Origin: a virus | IMG/VR virus record: IMGVR_UViG_3300042375_000684 | DNA: 64,000 nt | Strand: one strand, 5' to 3' | In this document: positions 25,133 through 35,159 of the stretch, in pieces | Numbering within the stretch: the first letter of the stretch is position 1 | Layout of the letters: each line of letters begins with the position of its first letter | Notes under the pieces: model-generated | The model's input: only the letters and a program-made list of their open reading frames with translations | Databases searched by the model: none | Told to the model about the DNA's origin: nothing | Program-made: the position numbers and the translations under genes

Positions 25133-26072
25133 AAATCAATTAACAGAAAGAGGCACTTCTGTTGCAATGTTTGATTATGCATATTATGCAAGAGAACTAT
25201 TAGATATAGAACCAATAATTACTTATAGAAATGAAAATAGTAAACCACAAGCAATTCAAAGGTTTAAAAATAATTTTGAAGTATTTTCATATGACACATT
25301 TGATGATGTAGAAACTTACATATCTAAAAATTCAATAGATGCTTTCTATGCTATTAAATATGGATATCATGATGGAATAGTTTCTTCTAATACTAAAAAT
25401 TTAATTCATTCTGTATTCTGCAAACATAGAGAATATATGCACGGTGAAAGATATGCTGTAGTTTCTGAATGGCAATCACATTTTAATGACATACCTTATG
25501 TACCACATATTTTAAATCTTTATGATACCACCGAAACTTTGAGAGATAATCTTAATATACCAAAAGATGCACTGGTAATAGGACGTCATGGTGGTTTTGA
25601 TACATTTAATATTGATTTTGTAATTGATAGCATTAAAGAGATATTAGATAAAAGATCAGATATTTGGTTTTTATTCTTAAATACCGAAAAGAAATTAGAG
25701 CATCAAAGAGTCATATATCTAGATGCAACAGTAGATTTAAAAGAAAAAACAAAATTTATTAACACATGTGACGCAATGATACATGCCAGAGATTACGGTG
25801 AGACCTTCGGTCTTTCAGTTTTAGAATTTGCGGCAAAAGATAAACCTATTATCTCATATGATAATGAATATCTACAGACAAATCACCAATTAGGCGGAAG
25901 AAACCATTTTCTATTTTTACAAGATCATTGTTATAAATATTCACACAAAGGAGATTTAGATAACATATTTCTTAATATTGAAAGAAATACTTCGTTTAAT
26001 ACGAGTTATCTATTGGATAAATTTTCTCCGCAATCTGTAATGAAATTATTTGAAGAAAGATTTTTAGTATGA
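25113..26072 (+). CDS. GT-B (GT4-like) glycosyltransferase
   Basis: Motifs QLTERGTSVAMFDYA and HARDYGETFGLSVLEF. Confidence 0.75.
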   Translation: MKILFHENQLTERGTSVAMFDYAYYARELLDIEPIITYRNENSKPQAIQRFKNNFEVFSYDTFDDVETYISKNSIDAFYAIKYGYHDGIVSSNTKNLIHSVFCKHREYMHGERYAVVSEWQSHFNDIPYVPHILNLYDTTETLRDNLNIPKDALVIGRHGGFDTFNIDFVIDSIKEILDKRSDIWFLFLNTEKKLEHQRVIYLDATVDLKEKTKFINTCDAMIHARDYGETFGLSVLEFAAKDKPIISYDNEYLQTNHQLGGRNHFLFLQDHCYKYSHKGDLDNIFLNIERNTSFNTSYLLDKFSPQSVMKLFEERFLV

Positions 26073-26689
26073 GTCAATATCCAAATTTACAAATAGATAG
26101 CCCTATTGAGACATATGAAATTATGACTCAACACATAAAGACACTGAAAGGTGTTGAGGGACTAAGCTGTGAAGTAGGACTTCGCCGAGGCGGGGGAACT
26201 AAAGTAATACTCGATTCATTTATGGAAAATGAAGATAAACGTGTTCATATCTGCATGGACCCATATGGAAATATTATTTACAATGATATAGTAGGTCCAC
26301 ATCGAAGTGACTATACAGATGATATGAAAAATGAGACACTTGCAGAACTATACCGATATGCATTTGATAATAGAATTAATATTCTTTTCTTTAATATGGA
26401 AGACTCTGAATTTTATAGAAGATTTACAGATGGTGTTCCTGTTTACGATCAAGAAAAGAAAATGCTGAATACATATTGTTTTGTCCATATTGACGGTCAG
26501 CATGATATAGAATCAGTCAGATTAGCCGCAAATTTCTTTATTCCAAGAATGTCAATTAGAGGGCTTCTTGTTTTTGATAACACTGATCATTATGATCATT
26601 CACCTATACACAATTTAATGCTTAATAACAAGTTTATTATGGTTGACGATGTATTGAATAGAAAACTATATAAGAGAGTTTTGATATGA
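26069..26689 (+). CDS. SAM-dependent O-methyltransferase (TylF/Methyltransf_24-like)
   Basis: Motifs CEVGLRRGGGT, FVHIDGQH and LVFDN. Confidence 0.7.
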   Translation: MSQYPNLQIDSPIETYEIMTQHIKTLKGVEGLSCEVGLRRGGGTKVILDSFMENEDKRVHICMDPYGNIIYNDIVGPHRSDYTDDMKNETLAELYRYAFDNRINILFFNMEDSEFYRRFTDGVPVYDQEKKMLNTYCFVHIDGQHDIESVRLAANFFIPRMSIRGLLVFDNTDHYDHSPIHNLMLNNKFIMVDDVLNRKLYKRVLI

Positions 26690-27939
26690 TAGAAGATTTA
26701 CTTAATCAATTTGCTTTAAATCCAAATGATCCAGAGATTAATTTTAAAATGGCAAGATACTATGATGAAATAGGTCAGACTGCATCTGCTGTTTCCTATT
26801 ATATTAGAACAGCTGAAAGAACAGAAGATCTTCTTCTGCGATATGAATGTCTATTGCATGGTGCAAATTGCTTTGAGCGACAAGGTACTCGTAGATTTAC
26901 TGTAAAAGGTATGCTTCAACAGGCAATTACTATTTTACCGAAAAGACCTGAGGCATATTATATATTAAGTAGACTATATGAATACAATGATACAAATGAG
27001 GGTAGATACTTAGACTCATATACAATGTGTTCTATAGCACTTCAAGTTTGTGATTTTAATAATAAAGAATTGAGAGTACCAGTAAATTATCCAGGTAAAT
27101 ATGCTCTATTATTTCAAAAGGGCGTAATGGGTTGGTGGAATGGTTTACAAGAAGAAACAAAATCAATTCTTTTGGATCTTCATATGAATTGGGACATGAA
27201 TGATGAATTTGCAAATTCAGTTAAGAATAATTTAGTAAATATGAATGCATTTGCTTCCAAATCATTGACAACATACTCTAAATCTAAATTATATAAATTG
27301 CGCTGGAAATTTGAAAGTCTTGAAGATATAGAACAGAATTATTCTGAAGCATATCAAGATATGTTTGTTCTTACTGTATTAAATGGTAAAAAGAATGGAA
27401 CATATGTAGAAATTGGATCAGGTCATCCTACATATGGAAATAATAGTTATCTATTGGAAAAAGATTTTGGCTGGACTGGAATGTCAGTTGATATAAGTGA
27501 AGAATTTATAGCAAAACATAATGCAGAAAGAAAACATACAGCAATATTAAAAGATGCAACAACAATAAATTATGGTACTTATTTTAAGTCACTCGGTTTT
27601 GGTACTGAAATAGATTACTTACAGATTGATGTTGATCCAGCTGAAATATCACTGAAAGTTCTTTACACAATCCCGTTTGAAACTTACAAGTTTTCAGTAA
27701 TTACGTTCGAACACGACCATTACGCAGACCCAAAAAGTAATGTCAGAGAAAAGGCAAGACAATTCTTAGAATCATTTGGTTATGTTCTTGCGGTGTCAAA
27801 TATCTCACCAGATGAAAATAGACCATATGAAGATTGGTTTGTACATAGAGATGAATATGAAAAAGTAAAACATCTAGTTGATACTTCAGATAAAACAAAA
27901 TGTGCAGAAAACTTTATGTTTGGTGCCTATAATGAATAA
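26686..27939 (+). CDS. TPR protein fused to an FkbM-like methyltransferase domain
   Basis: TPR-like N-terminus (PKRPEAYY). C-terminal YSEAYQDMFVL..GTYVEIGS..IDYLQIDVD..VITFEH. Confidence 0.7.
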   Translation: MIEDLLNQFALNPNDPEINFKMARYYDEIGQTASAVSYYIRTAERTEDLLLRYECLLHGANCFERQGTRRFTVKGMLQQAITILPKRPEAYYILSRLYEYNDTNEGRYLDSYTMCSIALQVCDFNNKELRVPVNYPGKYALLFQKGVMGWWNGLQEETKSILLDLHMNWDMNDEFANSVKNNLVNMNAFASKSLTTYSKSKLYKLRWKFESLEDIEQNYSEAYQDMFVLTVLNGKKNGTYVEIGSGHPTYGNNSYLLEKDFGWTGMSVDISEEFIAKHNAERKHTAILKDATTINYGTYFKSLGFGTEIDYLQIDVDPAEISLKVLYTIPFETYKFSVITFEHDHYADPKSNVREKARQFLESFGYVLAVSNISPDENRPYEDWFVHRDEYEKVKHLVDTSDKTKCAENFMFGAYNE

Positions 27940-28717
27940 GATACCTGTGATAGGAGCTGCTGTTGTAAATAGCAGTTTCTGGGTTTCAAGATTACTTTTA
28001 AGTGTTGACTATCCAGTGGAAAATTTTGTAATTATAAACAATAATGGACGTGGTATTATTGATGAAGAATTAAACAATATAGTCAAGTTAAAGCACCGCT
28101 ATATAGATAAAATAAAAGTAGTTCATATGCCTGCTAATATAGGATGTGCAGGTGCTTGGAATTTAATTATTAAGTGTTATATGAATGCAGCATATTGGAT
28201 AATTGCTAATGATGATGTTGCTTTTAAACCAGGATTATTAAAAGAATTTAATGATATCATGATAAATGATTCAGAAATTGGAACAATACATCCAAACCCT
28301 GGTGATTTTGAAATTGGTGCGTGGGATTTATTTGCAATACACGAAAGAGCAGTCAAGAAACTAGGGTTATTTGACGAAAATACATATCCCGCATATTGTG
28401 AAGATGCAGATTATATTATGAAAATGGTGAACAAAGGTGTCAAGAAAATTGTAGGATTACAATCAGGTTATTTACATGGTACTGGAGATGCCGAAGCATA
28501 CTATGAACATGGAAGACAAACTGAAAAATCTGACGAGAATTTAGCACAAATATTACAAATTTCTAATGCACTTAATATAGAATATCTTACCCGCAAATGG
28601 GGTCCTGGTTGGAGAACTGTATGTCCACATGTACTACCCTTTGCTGGAGAAGAACGAGATATTAGTTATTCACTATATGATCTCGAATTTGTCAGAAGAA
28701 AACATACAGGATTTTAA
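27932..28717 (+). CDS. GT2-like glycosyltransferase
   Basis: Motifs IINNNG, NIGCAGAWN, IANDDV and FDEN.YPAYCEDADY. Confidence 0.75.
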   Translation: MNKIPVIGAAVVNSSFWVSRLLLSVDYPVENFVIINNNGRGIIDEELNNIVKLKHRYIDKIKVVHMPANIGCAGAWNLIIKCYMNAAYWIIANDDVAFKPGLLKEFNDIMINDSEIGTIHPNPGDFEIGAWDLFAIHERAVKKLGLFDENTYPAYCEDADYIMKMVNKGVKKIVGLQSGYLHGTGDAEAYYEHGRQTEKSDENLAQILQISNALNIEYLTRKWGPGWRTVCPHVLPFAGEERDISYSLYDLEFVRRKHTGF

Positions 28718-28718
28718 A

Positions 28719-29456
28719 ATGTTACCAATTTCAGTAGGAATACTTTCGTGGAACTCACCTGAAGTTCTAGAAGAGACAATAAAAACTTATATAATGAATG
28801 GACTTTTTAATCTAGTTTCAGATATAACAATTCTATTTCAAGAAGTTACTAAAGAGGATAAAGCACTTGCTAAAAAATATGGCATTCCTTTCATTGGTTT
28901 AGATACAAATGTAGGCATTGGTAAAGCAATGCAAATACTAGCCGAACAAGCAACAGAAGAATATTTTCTATTTCTTGAAAATGATTGGCAATTAATTGAA
29001 ACTAAAGAAACTACAAAGAAAAGATTAATTGGATCCATAGATCTTTTAGAAGAAGATTATCAGTGCATAAGACTAAGATCTAGACGAACACCTGGATATC
29101 CTTTATTTTCAGAAGTTTATAGGGATAATGAATTAAATCATTACGATGAAAATACTGGTTTAATTTCTCCGCATCTCTTTGATTGTATTCATTGGATTGA
29201 AGAACCTGATCTAAAATTTGAGCAAATTAGAAAGCATAAATATCACTACATTACAACATCGCGTTGGTCTAATTGGACCAATAATCCGTGTTTATTCAAG
29301 ACAGAATTTATTCCAGATATTATTGATCCATTTATCCAAGATAATCTTCTTGAACCATCAATTTCAAGATGGTGGGCAGAACAGAATTTTAATGTTGCAT
29401 GGGGTGAAGGTTTATTTAAACATGTTGATTTTAAGAAATATGGAGATATATATTAA
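28719..29456 (+). CDS. GT-A fold glycosyltransferase-like protein
   Basis: Motifs ISVGILSW, NVGIGKA, FLFLENDW and WTNNPC. Confidence 0.6.
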   Translation: MLPISVGILSWNSPEVLEETIKTYIMNGLFNLVSDITILFQEVTKEDKALAKKYGIPFIGLDTNVGIGKAMQILAEQATEEYFLFLENDWQLIETKETTKKRLIGSIDLLEEDYQCIRLRSRRTPGYPLFSEVYRDNELNHYDENTGLISPHLFDCIHWIEEPDLKFEQIRKHKYHYITTSRWSNWTNNPCLFKTEFIPDIIDPFIQDNLLEPSISRWWAEQNFNVAWGEGLFKHVDFKKYGDIY

Positions 29457-30232
29457 TGCATAAAGTAATTCTTGTAACTGGTGGTTTCGATCCTCTACAT
29501 AGTGGACATATTGCATATTTTGAAGAAGCAAAGAAATTAGGTAATACATTGGTAGTCGGTGTCAATAGCGATGAATGGTTATCTCGTAAAAAAGGCCAAC
29601 CATTTATGGATGTGAATGAGAGAATGTCAATCATAAAACATCTATCCATGGTAGACGCTGCTATTATATTTGATGATTCTGATGGGACTGCAAAAGCAGC
29701 AATAAGATATTGTTTAAATGCATATCCAGAGTCCGAAATTATCTTTGCAAATGGTGGTGATAGAACAAAAGCAAATATACCTGAAATGGAACTTGTTTGT
29801 GATGATTCCGAAACAAAGAGACTAAAATATGTTTTTGGTATCGGTGGAACACATAAAATGAATTCCAGTAGTAAAATACTGACCGAATGGAAGACACCAA
29901 AAACAGAACGAAAGTGGGGTTATTATAGAGTATTACACTCTGATGGACCATCACTCAAAGTCAAAGAGTTAGTTGTGGAACCCGGGAAATCATTGAGTGT
30001 TCAGAAACACAATCTAAGAAGTGAACATTGGATAGTTTCTGAAGGTATTGCGACAGTAAATTATGGTGACCATCCCGCCGCTCTTTCAACTACAAAATTG
30101 GAAAAACACGATGAGATTCATATCTCAGTTGGCAAATGGCATCAACTTGTAAATGAGACGAACAATGAAGTCCGAATTGTTGAAATCCAATTCGGAGTTA
30201 ATTGTATCGAGGAAGATATTATTCGGATTTGA
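29456..30232 (+). CDS. Cytidylyltransferase-like nucleotidyltransferase fused to a mannose-6-phosphate-isomerase-type cupin
   Basis: TGGFDPLHSGH, VGVNSD and FANGGDR, then ERKWGYY..LSVQKH..RSEHW. Confidence 0.85.
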   Translation: MHKVILVTGGFDPLHSGHIAYFEEAKKLGNTLVVGVNSDEWLSRKKGQPFMDVNERMSIIKHLSMVDAAIIFDDSDGTAKAAIRYCLNAYPESEIIFANGGDRTKANIPEMELVCDDSETKRLKYVFGIGGTHKMNSSSKILTEWKTPKTERKWGYYRVLHSDGPSLKVKELVVEPGKSLSVQKHNLRSEHWIVSEGIATVNYGDHPAALSTTKLEKHDEIHISVGKWHQLVNETNNEVRIVEIQFGVNCIEEDIIRI

Positions 30233-30262
30233 TTCTGTTTTATTTTCATGGATGATAATCCA

Positions 30263-30290
30263 ATTATACCATACATGTAGAACCTGTCAA
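30263..30290 (-). promoter_or_regulatory. Consensus sigma70 promoter oriented antisense to the second glyco cluster
   Basis: The minus strand reads TTGACA-N16-TATAAT with a TG extension. It shares 20 identical bp with the site at 6623-6642. Confidence 0.65.
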
Positions 30291-30311
30291 CCAAAAGTGT
30301 CGTTCATTAAG

Positions 30312-30319
30312 TATAAATA
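30312..30319 (+). promoter_or_regulatory. T4-type late promoter
   Basis: TATAAATA upstream of gp13. Confidence 0.85.
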
Positions 30320-30349
30320 GAAAAAACTTACACATCATTAGGTGATAAA

Positions 30350-31102
30350 ATGGCTCAACCAAGAACTAGAAGAGATTTTAAAGAGTATTGCCTAAGAAAA
30401 TTAGGCCACCCGGTTATTCAGATAAATGTGTCAGATGAACAAATTGATGATCGTGTAGAAGAAGCATTATCGTTCTGGCAAGATTATCACTACAATGGTT
30501 CCGATCTTGTTTACCTTAGACACATGTTGACTCAAGGAGAAATAGATCAAGGTTATGTGGATTTAAATAACACTGAATATGCTAATTTACTTGGTGTTGT
30601 TCGCATTTTTGATCTATATTCATCTATTTCAACTGGTACTGGCATGTTTAACGTGCAATACCAATTTGTTCTAAATAACTTGCAGGATCTTACAGGTTAC
30701 TCTATTCAAAACTATTATATGACTATGCAGCATATCCGTTTTATCCAAGAATGGCTTGTTGGTTTACCTTTAATTAGATATAACAAGCATACTAATAAAC
30801 TTTACATTGATCAGAGTAAAGCAAAATTAACCCCTGGCTATTATGTTATTATTGAAGCGTATGCACCTATTGATGATGCAAATCCAGATATTTGGAGTGA
30901 TAGGTTTCTTCAAAATTATACAACTGCACTTATTAAAGAACAGTGGGGTTCAAATCTTACCAAGTTCGTGAATATGCAACTTGTTGGTGGCATCCAATTC
31001 AACGGCGAACAAATACTTGCTGATGGAAGAGATGAACGCAAGGCTATGGAAGAAGAAGCAAAAAGTTCTCTACAACCACTTACTTACAATTTCTCTGGAT
31101 AA
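30350..31102 (+). CDS. gp13: Neck protein gp13
   Basis: KEYCLRKLGHPVIQINV..QIDDRVEEAL and LIKEQWGSNLTKF..QLVGGIQFNG; T4 synteny. Confidence 0.92.
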   Translation: MAQPRTRRDFKEYCLRKLGHPVIQINVSDEQIDDRVEEALSFWQDYHYNGSDLVYLRHMLTQGEIDQGYVDLNNTEYANLLGVVRIFDLYSSISTGTGMFNVQYQFVLNNLQDLTGYSIQNYYMTMQHIRFIQEWLVGLPLIRYNKHTNKLYIDQSKAKLTPGYYVIIEAYAPIDDANPDIWSDRFLQNYTTALIKEQWGSNLTKFVNMQLVGGIQFNGEQILADGRDERKAMEEEAKSSLQPLTYNFSG

Positions 31103-31105
31103 TAA

Positions 31106-31786
31106 ATGGCAAACTATAGTCACATACCATATACTTACATGATAGGTTGGTCCAAACAAAAAAAATATTATTACGGTGTGCAATTCGGTAAAAATGCAAA
31201 CCCAAATAATTTATGGAAAACTTATTTTACATCTTCTAACAATGTAAAAAAGTTTATAGAAAATTATGGTGATCCAGATATAATAGAAATACGAAAAACT
31301 TTTTTGACCCCGTGCAAAGCTAGAGCATGGGAAACTAAAGTGATTCAACGAATGAATTTAGTTGAAAATCAAAATTGGTTAAATAAAACAGATAACACAT
31401 CAAAATTTTATTTTGAAGGTCCTCGAGGCCCCAGAAGTAAAGAGCACACTGAAAAACTTAGAAAATCTCATATTGGTAAAAAAATAACAGCCGAACACAA
31501 AGAAAAGCTTCATACTGGAAGAAGAAATTCAAAAAACACTCCAGAACACACTGCAGCTATACTTAAAGCAGTTAAAGGGAAGAAACATACCGAAAAATCC
31601 AGAAAAAATATGGCTGATGCTTATGCAAAAAGAGATATCGAAGAAGTTAAAAATAATGCTAGTAATGCTGGAAAGAAAAGTGCCGCGTTATACAAGAATG
31701 ATCCAGAAAGACAAGCTGCACATAGTGAAAGAATGAAAATGTGGTGGGCAGCGCGCGGACAACTTCTATCTATGGAAGGACAATAA
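31106..31786 (+). mobile_element. Free-standing GIY-YIG (Seg-like) homing endonuclease with NUMOD3-type repeats
   Basis: PYTY.IGW....YYYG...TYFTSS..ARAWE, followed by basic H..EH.EKL repeats. It is inserted between gp13 and gp14. Confidence 0.75.
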
Positions 31787-31787
31787 A

Positions 31788-32528
31788 ATTTCTACAAATG
31801 TATTTTTCCAGAACTATAACTATTTCAATGAGCAACAACTCATTGATGATCTAGTTATAGAGTCAATCCAGATCTTTGGCGTTGATACATATTATGTGTC
31901 AAGAACGTCATCAGCGTTTGATCATATAATGAATGAAGATAGGCTTACAGTTTTTGATGCTGCATATCAAATGGATATGTATGTTAAGACAGTTGATGGA
32001 TTCCAAGGTCAAGGTGACTTCCTTTCTAAATTTGGTCTGGAAATTCGTGACCAGGTTACATTCACTGTTGCATATAGAACATTCGAGAGATTTGCAACAA
32101 AAGATAATCCTGCATTAATAAGACCAAAAGAAGGCGATTTGGTCTACATGCCTATGAACAATAAGTTCTTTAAGGTTATGTTTGTAGAACACGAATCAGT
32201 ATTCTATCAGGCTGGAGCATTACAGGTTTATGATCTTAAATGTGAACTATTTGAATATTCCAATGAGAGATTTGAAACTGGTGTTGATGATGTTGATAAA
32301 CATTATGTTGATTTTAAAACAACCGAAATTAACAATCTTGAAGATATGTTTGCAGCAGACCCAATTGCTAAAAATATCTTCTATGAAGAAAAAGGTAATG
32401 ATATTATAGACTTTACCGAAATTGATCCATTCAGCGAGACAATATTCCCACCATCGAACTATTTTGTAACAGCAGATTCAACTAAGGTAACCGCCGACGA
32501 CGGTGGCATTACTGCAGATACTATATAA
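31788..32528 (+). CDS. gp14: Neck protein gp14 (probable AUU start)
   Basis: The frame reads (I)STNVFFQNYNYFNEQQLIDDLVIESIQIFGVD...DFLSKFGLEIRD..RPKEGDL. SD GGAAGGA lies 7 nt before ATT, and no in-frame ATG/GTG precedes the conserved N-terminus. Confidence 0.85.
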   Translation: MSTNVFFQNYNYFNEQQLIDDLVIESIQIFGVDTYYVSRTSSAFDHIMNEDRLTVFDAAYQMDMYVKTVDGFQGQGDFLSKFGLEIRDQVTFTVAYRTFERFATKDNPALIRPKEGDLVYMPMNNKFFKVMFVEHESVFYQAGALQVYDLKCELFEYSNERFETGVDDVDKHYVDFKTTEINNLEDMFAADPIAKNIFYEEKGNDIIDFTEIDPFSETIFPPSNYFVTADSTKVTADDGGITADTI

Positions 32529-32537
32529 GAGGAACAA

Positions 32538-33890
32538 ATGGCTAAACAAACCATCAATATAGGAACTACGGCCAATGACCGTACCGGTGATCCTTTAAGA
32601 ACCGCATTTACTAAAACAAATAGTAACTTTACTGAACTATATGCAAATGTCGCAACATTGAATAGTTCTGTAGTCACTGATGTTTCGGATTTAACTGATA
32701 CTGAAGGATTATTTTTCTCTGGTGATTATAGAGATCTTTCCAATACCCCATTTATCGGTACAGATGTTTCAGATTTAACTGATACTGAAGGGTTACTTTT
32801 CTCCGGCGACTATGATGATCTTTTCAATACTCCATTTATTGCAACTGATATATTAGATTTAACAGATAATAATAATCTATTAACTGTAAAAGATCATATT
32901 GAGTTAACTGGTATATATCAAACATCCAATAACATCATTTCATTTACAAAAGCACCAAATACAGATTCAAATACAGTCTTTGATACGATATCTGAATATG
33001 TAATTCTTACAAGAGATGCATCTGGTATTGGTGGTCTGGGCGGCGGCATCTATAATAGTGCATTCGAAGTAGCCTATGATGTTGCCATAAGCCCAATATC
33101 AACAATATGGAATGCAGATGGCTGGGATGATGTATCAGATATTGAAACAAGATATTATCAAACTTTCAGACAGGCACTTCGCAATAGCGTAGGTGCAAAT
33201 ATTGTTGGTGCTGAACTTATTATGAAGGATACAGCAAGTAACGAATATTACAAGATTAAATTTTCTCAATGGGCACAGGGTGCTAGTCACGACGGCAGTT
33301 TTGCATATACAAGAGAGAAAATAGATACTACTACACCTATCGGAATTACATTCTATGATGGATCTACATTACCGAAAGCACCAAATACAAAACCAAAATT
33401 TGAACAATCATATGTAGGTGATTTTGGAGGATATGGCCTAACTATTTCACAAGCTGGTAGACAAGTTTATATTTATGATAATATTGTAGAAATTCCTAGT
33501 TACAATGAGCAAAACTTTAAAATTGGTGATGTAATTCAAATTATTACTGGTGGCTTTGCATCAACTATAAGACCTAAAGTAAATGACGATATCGAATTAC
33601 CAGATGCTACTCTCTATATTCAAGGTGAAACAAATTCTGTAGCATCTTTTGATATACCAGCAAGATCTATGGCTTTTCTTAGTAAAATTGCTCAAAATAT
33701 TTGGCAACTTTCTATAAGTAATTCTTCAGTTATAAAAAATGATTTAGCACCAAACACAAGCATAGGTGATAGCACAGATGTAGAAGGTATAGTTGCGTTT
33801 GATTCTACTTATTTCTATTACTGTACTTCAGACTATACCGGATCTGATAATATTTGGAAACGAATTGCTTGGAGCAATGATACCTGGTAA
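32538..33890 (+). CDS. Virion protein with gp9/gp10-type N-terminus
   Basis: MAKQTINIGTTANDRTGDPLRTAFTKTNSNFTELY, plus an internal 28-aa tandem repeat. Confidence 0.65.
   Translation: MAKQTINIGTTANDRTGDPLRTAFTKTNSNFTELYANVATLNSSVVTDVSDLTDTEGLFFSGDYRDLSNTPFIGTDVSDLTDTEGLLFSGDYDDLFNTPFIATDILDLTDNNNLLTVKDHIELTGIYQTSNNIISFTKAPNTDSNTVFDTISEYVILTRDASGIGGLGGGIYNSAFEVAYDVAISPISTIWNADGWDDVSDIETRYYQTFRQALRNSVGANIVGAELIMKDTASNEYYKIKFSQWAQGASHDGSFAYTREKIDTTTPIGITFYDGSTLPKAPNTKPKFEQSYVGDFGGYGLTISQAGRQVYIYDNIVEIPSYNEQNFKIGDVIQIITGGFASTIRPKVNDDIELPDATLYIQGETNSVASFDIPARSMAFLSKIAQNIWQLSISNSSVIKNDLAPNTSIGDSTDVEGIVAFDSTYFYYCTSDYTGSDNIWKRIAWSNDTW
32676..32870 (+). repeat. 84-bp in-frame tandem repeat, about 2.3 copies (TDVSDLTDTEGLxFSGDYxDLxNTPFIx)
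   Basis: Visible at both DNA and protein level. Confidence 0.85.
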
Positions 33891-33900
33891 GGAACTTTAA

Positions 33901-34716
33901 ATGGCTTTTGTAAATTATTTTTATAATGCAACTACTAAAAAATACATAGCTCTTTTCGGAACTATGTTTAATAAAATTTCTATTGCACGTGATGATCCAA
34001 ATACTGGTGATGAAGTACAGCGTATGGTTGTGCCTATTTCATATGGCCCTTATCAAAAATTTCTTGCAAGAGTAAATCAAGATCCAGACTTAAATAGAAA
34101 AACTGCCATCACACTTCCTAGAATGGCTTTCGAGATAACAGGAATGGAATATGATGGTTCAAGGAAAGTTAATTCTGTAAGAAGAATTTCTGGTCAAACA
34201 CACAGTGATGATAAAAAAACATTTCAGTATGTTGGAACACCTTATAATCTGAATTTTACGCTTAGTATTATGACTAAGTATGCTGAAGATGGAACACAAA
34301 TATTAGAACAAATAATCCCTTTCTTTAAACCCGAATGGACTTACACTGTAAAGTTAATTGATAATCTTGATCCAATAGATATTCCACTAATTCTAAATTC
34401 CGTGAACATGGAAGATCTGTATGAGGCAGACTTTGAAACTAGAAGAAGTCTCTTATGGACTATTACATTTACAATGAAGGCTTGGTATTTTGGTCCACAG
34501 AGAGAAGGTAGTGTAATAAAGTTTATTGATATCAGATCGCACACCAAAATTGACACAACCGCAACACCAGAAGGTCAAATTACAATACAGCCTGGTTTAA
34601 CTGCAAATGGGCAACCAACAACATCACTTGATGAAACACTTGATTATGAACTTATTAATATTGATGATGATTGGGGAATAATTACAATTTTTAGAGATGA
34701 GATTGAGGTAACATAA
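33901..34716 (+). CDS. gp15: Tail sheath stabiliser / tail terminator gp15
   Basis: FYNATTKKYIALFGTMFN, VPISYGPYQKFL, TLPRMAFE and QILEQIIPFFKPE. Confidence 0.92.
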   Translation: MAFVNYFYNATTKKYIALFGTMFNKISIARDDPNTGDEVQRMVVPISYGPYQKFLARVNQDPDLNRKTAITLPRMAFEITGMEYDGSRKVNSVRRISGQTHSDDKKTFQYVGTPYNLNFTLSIMTKYAEDGTQILEQIIPFFKPEWTYTVKLIDNLDPIDIPLILNSVNMEDLYEADFETRRSLLWTITFTMKAWYFGPQREGSVIKFIDIRSHTKIDTTATPEGQITIQPGLTANGQPTTSLDETLDYELINIDDDWGIITIFRDEIEVT

Positions 34717-35159
34717 TGAGTGATGATAAGATTGCAAATGCACTGGGTTTGAAGCCTCTAGCTGAAGTTTTAGATGCGACTGTAGAACCTTCAACTGAAC
34801 TTGCATTAGCAGATCCGGTTGAAATTGTCACTGTCATTGCAGAAGATAATGAAACTGTGAGAGATATTGAACAGGCAAGAGGTAATATAAAGAATATCAT
34901 TGAGCAAGGTGATGATGCACTTAAGGAAATGATGTCTCTTGCAAAACAATCCGAGAGTCCAAGGGCATTTGAAGTTGCTTCAACTTTGATGAAAACACTT
35001 TTGGATGCAAACAAAGACTTTGTTGAAATGTCTATGAAGAAAAAGTATGCAGTGGATGAAGTCAATGGACCAAAAGAAGCTGCTCAGACTAATGTGACAA
35101 ATAATAACTTGATTGTATCCACTGCGGATCTATTGAAAATGCTCAAAGGAGAAACTTGA
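34716..35159 (+). CDS. gp16: Terminase small subunit gp16
   Basis: DIEQARGNI, SESPRAFEVASTLMKTL and NNLIVSTADLLKML. Confidence 0.9.
   Translation: MSDDKIANALGLKPLAEVLDATVEPSTELALADPVEIVTVIAEDNETVRDIEQARGNIKNIIEQGDDALKEMMSLAKQSESPRAFEVASTLMKTLLDANKDFVEMSMKKKYAVDEVNGPKEAAQTNVTNNNLIVSTADLLKMLKGET

Noticed and set aside
30144-30249. 35-aa minus-strand ORF behind the antisense promoter at 30263-30290
   Set aside because: It has no SD, overlaps the cupin gene, and has no counterpart at the twin site near 6623.
31896-32528. gp14 start at GTG 31896 as given by the ORF track
   Set aside because: It lacks an SD and omits the conserved N-terminal 36 residues encoded in frame from 31788.
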